Both the position numbers and the translations under genes were made by a program. The notes beneath the pieces are model-generated. The model saw nothing but the letters and a program-made list of their open reading frames with translations. It searched no databases and was not told the DNA's origin. A stretch of 31,159 nucleotides of DNA from an uncultured Acidimicrobiales bacterium (GTDB taxonomy: Bacteria > Actinomycetota > Acidimicrobiia > Acidimicrobiales > SHLQ01): NCBI GenBank assembly GCA_964610745.1, contig CAZSYL010000005.1, forward strand, positions 1 to 31,159, given 5' to 3'. Shown here in pieces: positions 24,832 to 31,159 of the stretch (the first letter of the stretch is position 1; each line of letters opens with the position of its first letter).

Positions 24832-27330
24832 ATGGCCCATCGTCTCCCTCGTACGATTCTTCCATCTGCATACACAATCGAGATCCAACCGGATCTGACC
24901 AGCCACGCCTTCACCGGTTCGGTCATCGCTACTTGTGATGTCGTAGAACCAACGTCAGAACTGCGATGCAACGTTGCTGATCTCGAGCTCGGTGAAGTCA
25001 CGATTGATGGCGAACCGGTTCCGTTTACGATCGACGAGGAATCTGAGCAGCTAGTCATCGATCTAGGCGACGAGCGGACATCGGGAGCTCTGACCTTCTC
25101 GGCCTCGTTCTCCGGCGAGCTAAACGACGCACTCAAGGGCTTCTACCGGTCGACGTTCACTGACGACGATGGCGTTGAACACACGATCGCAACGACACAG
25201 TTTCAGTCCACTGACGCCCGTCGGGCTTTCCCCTGCTGGGACGAGCCCGACATGAAGGCCACGTTCGACGTCACCCTCGTGATCGATCCACAGTTCACCG
25301 CGGTCAGCAACGGTGCCGAGATAGCCCGGCAGGACCGTGAAGATGGTCTGGTCGCCATCTCCTTTGCCGAAACAATGAAAATGTCCACCTACCTGGTGGC
25401 CTTTGTGGTTGGCCCACTCGACGTGTCCGAACCTGCGTTTCACGGCGACGTTCCAATCCGTATTGTGCACCGCCCAGGCCAAGGCCATCTGACCGGCTTT
25501 GCACTCGAGGTCGCGGCTCACGCACTGGAGTACTTCGAGGACTACTACGGCATCCCGTACCCCACCGACAAGCTCGACATGATCGCGCTCCCCGATTTCG
25601 CGATGGGGGCCATGGAAAACCTCGGATGTGTCACCTACCGAGAGATCCTGCTCCTCGTCGATCCTGACGCTGCTACCCAACCCGAGCTACAGAACGTCGC
25701 AGACGTTATCAACCATGAACTCGCCCACATGTGGTTCGGCGATCTCGTGACGATGGGCTGGTGGAATGGGATCTGGCTGAACGAAGCGTTCGCGACGTTC
25801 ATGGAGATGAAGGCAACCGATCACCACCGGCCGGAATGGATGCGATGGACGAGTTTCGGCATCAGCCGATCTGCAGCATTCGACATCGACAGTCTCGAAG
25901 CAACCCGTCCAATCGAGTTTCCAGTCGTGTCTCCTGAAGATGCTGAGGCCATGTTCGACCTACTCACCTATGAGAAGGGTGCAGCGGTCGTACGCATGCT
26001 CGAACAGTGGTTGGGTGAAGAAACCTTCCGCGACGGAATCCGCCACTACCTCTCGACCCATGCCTACGGAAACACTGAGACGCACCACCTCTGGGATGCA
26101 CTCGAACACGTATCTGGCCGCCCCGTGACGGCGGCGATGGAAACATGGATCTTCCAGGGCGGCTATCCCGTCATCGAGGTCGACGCGAACACGCTGCATC
26201 AGCGCAGGTTCACCTACACGGGCAACGGAGCGGCTCAGACCTGGTCGGTTCCGGTCCAGCTACGTACGACCGCAGGGGAAGTACACACCGTCGAGCTCCA
26301 CGGCGAGTCTTCAGAACTCCCTGTTCCAGCGGCAGAGGTTTCGACATTCAACCACGAAGGCAACGGGTTCTTTCGCGTGAAGGTGCCGGCCGGTCAGCTC
26401 GCGTCGTACGGCTCGGACGGCGTTGGCAACCTCGCGCCGGTGGAACGATTCGGACTGCTCGACGACACCTGGACACTGACTCTTGCCGGAGAGGTTGAAC
26501 TCACCGACTACCTCGCCCTTCTCGGGGGCTACACCGCCGAGACCGACGTGTCGGTCTGGCAACGCGCTATTGGCTCGCTCGGCTTCATCGATCACGTGGC
26601 CCCGAGCGACGACCGGTCAGAACTGGGCGCGATGGTCGAGGCATTGATCGGCCCTGCGGTCGGTCGCCTGGGGCACAAACCGGTCGCCGGCGAATCACCC
26701 CGTGACAGTCAGCTTCGAGGGTCACTCTTTGGAGCAGCCGGAATGCTCGCGGCTGAGGGTTCACCCACCCGTGTTGCTGCAATCGAGCGAGCGCGGTCGA
26801 TCCTCGCTGAAGAGGCACCGGACGCCGAATTGCGCAGCGCTGCGGTCAAAATCGTTGCGGCGAACGGCACCGACGAGGACTTCGCCACCTTTCGCGCTGG
26901 CTTCGAGTCTGCCGCGACCCCCCAAGACGAGGTCCGGAATCTCTATGCGTTGCCAGCCTTTCCAGGAGCAAACCACATCGACACGGTGGTTGGAATGGCG
27001 CTCGACGGGTCGATTCGTACGCAGAATGCGCCGTTCGTTCTCGCTCAGGCCCTCATGAGCCGGGATCATGGGCCGGCGGTTTGGTCGCGCATCAGCGCCG
27101 AATGGGACAGACTCAACGACCTGTTTCCCTCAAACACCATCGTTCGCATGTTGACCGGTGTGCGCTGGCTCACCGGCTCCGATACGCGGACCGCTGTTCG
27201 CACCTTCTTCGCCGAGCGCGAGATCCCGCAGGGCCAGAAACAACTGGACCAACACCTCGAGCGTCTCGATGTAAACGCCGCGTTCCAATCTCGTGTGCAG
27301 CACAACCTGAGAGCTGCGTTGACCAGTTGA
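24832..27330 (+). CDS. pepN: Aminopeptidase N (M1 family)
   Basis: GAMENLGCVTYRE exopeptidase motif and the HELAHMWFGDLVTMGWWNGIWLNEAF zinc-binding HExxH...E motif. Start is ATG 24832 (MAHRLPRTILPSAYTIEIQPDL), or ATG 24793; the longer six-frame ORF from 24535 overlaps the divergent kinase gene. Confidence 0.85.
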   Translation: MAHRLPRTILPSAYTIEIQPDLTSHAFTGSVIATCDVVEPTSELRCNVADLELGEVTIDGEPVPFTIDEESEQLVIDLGDERTSGALTFSASFSGELNDALKGFYRSTFTDDDGVEHTIATTQFQSTDARRAFPCWDEPDMKATFDVTLVIDPQFTAVSNGAEIARQDREDGLVAISFAETMKMSTYLVAFVVGPLDVSEPAFHGDVPIRIVHRPGQGHLTGFALEVAAHALEYFEDYYGIPYPTDKLDMIALPDFAMGAMENLGCVTYREILLLVDPDAATQPELQNVADVINHELAHMWFGDLVTMGWWNGIWLNEAFATFMEMKATDHHRPEWMRWTSFGISRSAAFDIDSLEATRPIEFPVVSPEDAEAMFDLLTYEKGAAVVRMLEQWLGEETFRDGIRHYLSTHAYGNTETHHLWDALEHVSGRPVTAAMETWIFQGGYPVIEVDANTLHQRRFTYTGNGAAQTWSVPVQLRTTAGEVHTVELHGESSELPVPAAEVSTFNHEGNGFFRVKVPAGQLASYGSDGVGNLAPVERFGLLDDTWTLTLAGEVELTDYLALLGGYTAETDVSVWQRAIGSLGFIDHVAPSDDRSELGAMVEALIGPAVGRLGHKPVAGESPRDSQLRGSLFGAAGMLAAEGSPTRVAAIERARSILAEEAPDAELRSAAVKIVAANGTDEDFATFRAGFESAATPQDEVRNLYALPAFPGANHIDTVVGMALDGSIRTQNAPFVLAQALMSRDHGPAVWSRISAEWDRLNDLFPSNTIVRMLTGVRWLTGSDTRTAVRTFFAEREIPQGQKQLDQHLERLDVNAAFQSRVQHNLRAALTS

Positions 27331-27380
27331 TTCGTAGATTCCGAGTCCGACCTCCCCTCTCCAACCTCCGAGAGCATGAG

Positions 27381-28514
27381 GTGTTTGCCGTAGAAGCGAC
27401 GCGCGCCCAGGTATGCGTGCGTTCAAACGGCAGCGCCGTGACCATTCGCGTCGCAGGGCGCGAGATCATCGCCCCAACCACCAACGGGGTCGCCGTGGTC
27501 GACCTTGAACAGTTGCACCCAAAGACGAACTATGTCGCCCAGCTGCTCGACAGCGCCGGTGAGTCAATCGGCCAGCTGTCCTTCCAGACCAGGCGCCGAT
27601 TCGAAGGTGACACCGTCAAGTTCGCAACCATCTCTGACGTGCATCTCGGCGGCGAAGAATTCGGTGGCCACCCCGCGTACAACGAGCCGCCGGACACCGA
27701 GCCGCACTTTGCACTTCGATGCGCCGCCGCCGCAGTCCGCGAAGCCATCGAATGGGGTGCCGAGGTCCTCGTCATCAAGGGTGATCTGACAGACACGGGC
27801 GCACGAACCGATTGGGAGCTGGCTCACCGGTTGCTCGATGACCTTCCGATACCCGTCCTATCAACATGGGGAAATCACGACGTTTGGAAGACCCGAGAGG
27901 TCAACCCCGCGGAGATGGAACCAACCTTCGCCCTGAACCCCAACAGCAGCGGTGGCTCAGCCGGCCAGGTCACAAGCCACGACCTTGGACCTACACGAAT
28001 CATCCTTGCCGACACCAGTGTTCCCGATCGCGGACACGGCACCATTGCCCAACATGAAGAACAGATCCTCGAGCTCATCGACTTTGACGGACCAGTTTTT
28101 CTCGGCATCCATCACAACATCATGCGCACCCCCCTGCCGTGGTTCTGGCCGCCGGGCATTGCTCCGTCCAACGCCAGTTCGTTGCTGGCCGAAATCATCC
28201 GCGTGAACCCGAACGTCTTCGTTAGTTCGGGACACACCCACCGCAACCGACTTCACCGCATCGGGCCCGGAGGTCAGATCTGCTTTAGCGAAGTGTCTGC
28301 AACCGCGGACTACCCGGGGGCGTGGGCCGGCTATGAGGTCTCCGACACACTGCTTCGCCAAACAGTGCGGCGAATAGCTGCCCCAGAGGCACTCCTGTGG
28401 ACCGAGCGGGTCCGCGGGGCGATCTTCGGCGTATGGCCCCGCTGGTCACAGGGACGCCTCGATGACCGGTGCGTCGACATGTCGGTGCCTATCGCACCAA
28501 GATCAACCGATTAA
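27381..28514 (+). CDS. Metallophosphoesterase (calcineurin-like phosphoesterase)
   Basis: ISDVHLG, GDLTDTG, GNHD, GHTHRN metal-binding motifs; probable GTG start at 27381, 50 nt after the pepN stop; the earlier part of ORF 27081..28514 overlaps pepN. Confidence 0.7.
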   Translation: MFAVEATRAQVCVRSNGSAVTIRVAGREIIAPTTNGVAVVDLEQLHPKTNYVAQLLDSAGESIGQLSFQTRRRFEGDTVKFATISDVHLGGEEFGGHPAYNEPPDTEPHFALRCAAAAVREAIEWGAEVLVIKGDLTDTGARTDWELAHRLLDDLPIPVLSTWGNHDVWKTREVNPAEMEPTFALNPNSSGGSAGQVTSHDLGPTRIILADTSVPDRGHGTIAQHEEQILELIDFDGPVFLGIHHNIMRTPLPWFWPPGIAPSNASSLLAEIIRVNPNVFVSSGHTHRNRLHRIGPGGQICFSEVSATADYPGAWAGYEVSDTLLRQTVRRIAAPEALLWTERVRGAIFGVWPRWSQGRLDDRCVDMSVPIAPRSTD

Positions 28515-28524
28515 CCTCTGCGGT

Positions 28525-29784
28525 ATGGACTTTGACCTGTCAGCAGTAGAGCTTCGAGTGCTTTGTGCGTTGGTCGAAAAGGCCGAGACAACTCCGGATC
28601 AGTATCCACTGAGCACGACTGCTCTTCGGGCAGCGTGCAACCAGAAGACCAGCCGCGATCCTGTCACCGACTTCAGCGACTCCGACGTCGAAGCAGCCAT
28701 CTTGAGCCTCCGCGAACGCGGGGCCGCTCGCAGCGTCAGACCATCGGGATCACGTGGCTGGAAACACCGCCACACCATCGAGGAAGCACTCCCGTTGACA
28801 GCCGCGGAGAAAGCGCTCGTGACGGTGCTTGGATTGCGCGGTGCACAGACCCCCGGTGAGCTACGTCAGCGAACCGAACGCCTCCACCCTTTCGACTCGG
28901 TAGAGGCAACCGAAGCGGAACTACAGCGACTCGCTGCCAGGCCTGATCCACTCGTCGAGAACCTCGGCAGAGAGCCAGGGCAAAGCCAAGACCGATGGAT
29001 GCACCTTCTTTCGAGCGCGGTGCAGAGCCCCCAGCAAGGCCGTCAACGAGTAATGGCGGCCGAGTTCGAAGCGCTTCATCACTCCGGATTCTTCGCGTTG
29101 CCCAACCCATGGGACTCGATGTCCGCAAAGGCCATGGAAGCTGCTGGAGCAAAGGCTGTTGCGACGAGCAGCGCCGCGTTGGCTACCACCCTCGACAAAG
29201 ACGACTACGGGTTGAATCGAAACGAGTTGATCGGTCACGTGGAGACGCTCACCTCTCGCCTCGACATTCCGGTACACGTCGACGGAGAACAGCTCTTTGG
29301 CAACGAAGCGGGTGGCATTACCGAAACCGTTCGGCTGTTGTCCCATGCAGGTGCAGCCGGCGTCTCGATCGAAGATTACAACCCCGCAACCGGAGCCATC
29401 CTCGAACTCGACGAGGCCGTCAGCGCGGTCGCAGAGGCGGCTGTGGCCTGCGAGGAACATCACCTGTTCCTCACCGCACGCGCCGAGAACCACCTCCACG
29501 GTCGCGACTCGATCGGCGACACGATCGAACGATTGCAAGCCTACGCCGACGCTGGAGCGCAATGCGTCTACGCCCCGGGGCTCACCAATGTCGACGACAT
29601 CGAGCGCGTCGTGATCGAGGTTGGGGTCCCGGTTAATGTTCTGGCGGTTCCAGGTGCTCCGGACTTCGAGATGCTCGAGCTCATCGGCGTACGACGAGCA
29701 TCAGCGGGCTCCCTGCTGTTCCGTCAAGCGGAGAAGGCTATTGTCGATGCCATCGACGAATTTTTGGGGATCACTACATCATGA
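28525..29784 (+). CDS. Fusion of an N-terminal DUF480 (YceH/UPF0502) domain with a C-terminal PEP mutase/isocitrate lyase-family (ICL/PEPM) domain
   Basis: The N-terminal 175 aa track E. coli YceH (TTPDQYPLS, ACNQKT, LRGAQTPGELRQR, REPGQSQDRWMHLLS). From MAAEFEALHHSGFFALPNPWDSMSAKAMEAAGAKAVATSSAAL onward it is a typical ICL/PEPM-family (2-methylisocitrate lyase-like) domain. The reading frame is continuous with no stop between the two parts. Confidence 0.6.
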   Translation: MDFDLSAVELRVLCALVEKAETTPDQYPLSTTALRAACNQKTSRDPVTDFSDSDVEAAILSLRERGAARSVRPSGSRGWKHRHTIEEALPLTAAEKALVTVLGLRGAQTPGELRQRTERLHPFDSVEATEAELQRLAARPDPLVENLGREPGQSQDRWMHLLSSAVQSPQQGRQRVMAAEFEALHHSGFFALPNPWDSMSAKAMEAAGAKAVATSSAALATTLDKDDYGLNRNELIGHVETLTSRLDIPVHVDGEQLFGNEAGGITETVRLLSHAGAAGVSIEDYNPATGAILELDEAVSAVAEAAVACEEHHLFLTARAENHLHGRDSIGDTIERLQAYADAGAQCVYAPGLTNVDDIERVVIEVGVPVNVLAVPGAPDFEMLELIGVRRASAGSLLFRQAEKAIVDAIDEFLGITTS

Positions 29785-30437
29785 CCGACATCGACACCGC
29801 ACCCGGCCCTCGACCGGTCAAACTCACGGTCTATTCGGACTTTCTTTGACCGTGGTGTTTTGTCGGGACCGTGCGCCTCGACGAACTTCAAGAGCAAATG
29901 GGCGACCGAATCGAAGTCGACTGGAAATCATTCCTACTTCGGGCAGAGCCAAAGACCGGAGATCGGGAGCAGTTCATCGAGTACACGAAGTCGTGGTTGC
30001 GTCCCGCCGAAATGGAACCCAAGGCCGCCTTCACCGTCTGGGCCAGCGATGAAGACCAACCGTCGTCGAGCATTCCGGCACAAGTGGCCTTCAAGACCGT
30101 CGAGGCCATCGCCCCCGAACTCGCTAAGGCATATCACGACCGTCTGATGACGGCGTACTTCACCGAGAATCGCAATATCGCCGACAGCGATGTCCTGATC
30201 GAGTTGGCCGTCGAAGTTGGTGTGGACGCCGACGAGTTGGCTGAAGCTGGGCGAAGCCGTCGTGAAGAACTCACCCAACAGGTGATCGATGAGCACAACA
30301 ACGCCATGGCGAACAACGTCACCGGCATCCCGACCGTGCTGTTCGAAGATCAGTTCCCCGTGCCCGGCGCGCAGCCGGTCATGACGTATGTGGAGCTGGT
30401 CGAGCGCATCGAAGAGCACCTTGCTCAAAACAAGTAA
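29781..30437 (+). CDS. DsbA/FrnE-family thiol:disulfide oxidoreductase with an in-frame TGA (29847..29849) in place of the first Cys of the CxxC motif; candidate selenoprotein (U-P-W-C)
   Basis: ATG 29781 (ATGA overlap with the upstream stop) gives MTDIDTAPGPRPVKLTVYSDFL-[TGA]-PWCFVGTVRLDELQEQMGDRIEVDWKSF..., which matches the FrnE/DsbA consensus (I.V.SDf.CPWCyiG ... VeWr.F) straight across the TGA. The six-frame track reports only the downstream part (29871..30437). Confidence 0.6.
29859..29885 (+). promoter_or_regulatory. Candidate bacterial SECIS-like hairpin 10-13 nt downstream of the in-frame UGA
   Basis: gucggg (29862..29867) pairs with ccucgac (29877..29882) with one G.U; apical region accgugcg carries GU; the stem can extend with uuu/gaa. 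The apical loop lies about 21-25 nt from the UGA. Confidence 0.35.
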
Positions 30438-30521
30438 CCGGACCGGCCAGTTGATAACTCATAGCTGACCTGACCAAATGCGTCGGGTTGGCTACGGTGT
30501 GGTTTCCGGCGGCTCTCACGT

Positions 30522-31115
30522 ATGCATTTTTCTTTCGAACCACAACTGATCAAACAAGATTCGGCGGTTCCACTCCGAATGGTCGTCGGCGGCTGGCTAG
30601 CTGGCGTGGTCGTAATTTTCGTGCTCGGTCCGGTGACCAACCGCCTGATTGGGCTAATGGGAATCTCGCTCATCGCTGGAGGCCTCCTCGGCCTTTCTCT
30701 TCGGGCGACCCGGATGTGGCGGATGGTTCTCGGCGCGAGTACCGGTGCATTCGCTGCCTGGTTGGGTTTCCGATTCGCATTCGAAGATCGTCTAATTCCT
30801 GCGATTGGGGACCCCCTCGAACTGGCCGATGTCGACATCTTGGGCGCGATTGCACTCGGGTTGTCGGTGTTGTCGATCGGCGTCGGTGGAGTGCTCGAGG
30901 CCGTGCAGGCGCAAGCTGCACCGGGTTCGTCGCCGCTACCGGTCAAGGTGTTCCTTATCGCCGTCGGTCTCGTGATCACCGCAGCGATCGCAAGTGCAGC
31001 GGGCGTGTCCACGATGATCACGATCCTGCTGGCGCTTGCCGCGGCCGCTGGGCTGGCAGCGATTGCGTTCTTGCGCAGGGAACGTCCTTCGAGCGACTTT
31101 GTGCCACAGCCTTAG
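30522..31115 (+). CDS. Hypothetical multi-pass membrane protein
   Basis: ORF of 197 aa with several Gly/Ala/Leu-rich hydrophobic segments; the competing antisense ORF 30425..31021(-) is low-complexity Pro/Arg/Ala and is judged spurious. Confidence 0.4.
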   Translation: MHFSFEPQLIKQDSAVPLRMVVGGWLAGVVVIFVLGPVTNRLIGLMGISLIAGGLLGLSLRATRMWRMVLGASTGAFAAWLGFRFAFEDRLIPAIGDPLELADVDILGAIALGLSVLSIGVGGVLEAVQAQAAPGSSPLPVKVFLIAVGLVITAAIASAAGVSTMITILLALAAAAGLAAIAFLRRERPSSDFVPQP

Positions 31116-31159
31116 CTGCGAGCTATCCGAACTTGTCGAAGCTATACCCGAGTTCGTTG

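Noticed and set aside
27081-27380. Upstream extension of the metallophosphoesterase ORF
   Set aside because: It lies inside pepN in another frame, is Arg/His-rich low-complexity, and the phosphoesterase motifs begin well downstream.
30425-31021. 198-aa minus-strand ORF overlapping the terminal membrane-protein ORF
   Set aside because: Pro/Arg/Ala/Thr-rich low-complexity. The plus-strand frame encodes coherent hydrophobic helices, so the plus-strand gene is preferred, though with modest confidence.

Overview
High-GC (about 62%) bacterial chromosomal segment with an actinobacterial flavour: a WhiB-type regulator, Lrp/AsnC and polyphosphate glucokinase are present. Almost all of it is ordinary core genome with tightly packed genes and frequent start/stop overlaps. 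Gene order runs: a glycerophosphodiester phosphodiesterase (-); whiB (+) with a long structured upstream region; a DUF192 gene and rsmI (-, coupled); ychF and a PHP-domain gene (+); a short AT-rich intergenic island holding two paralogous terminator hairpins, a 29-aa bL37-like ribosomal peptide gene and a small TM-peptide ORF; then a six-gene block of a BMP-family nucleoside ABC transporter (lipoprotein, fused ATPase, two permeases) directly followed by a PhyH-family dioxygenase and an S9A prolyl oligopeptidase. Further on are DUF72 (-), a geranylgeranyl-reductase-family flavoprotein and a frameshifted HAD hydrolase (+), adenosine deaminase (+), a small unknown gene (-) divergent from an lrp/asnC regulator (+), an nfeD-flotillin-ppgK cluster (-), upp plus a coupled unknown acidic protein (+), adenosine kinase and enoyl-CoA hydratase (-), and finally a (+) string of aminopeptidase N, a metallophosphoesterase, a DUF480(YceH)-PEP-mutase/isocitrate-lyase-family fusion, and a DsbA/FrnE-family oxidoreductase. 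The first Cys codon of the FrnE CxxC motif is an in-frame TGA followed by a hairpin, making it a candidate selenoprotein; this is the most unusual signal in the window. I found no CRISPR arrays, transposases, integrases, rRNA or tRNA genes.
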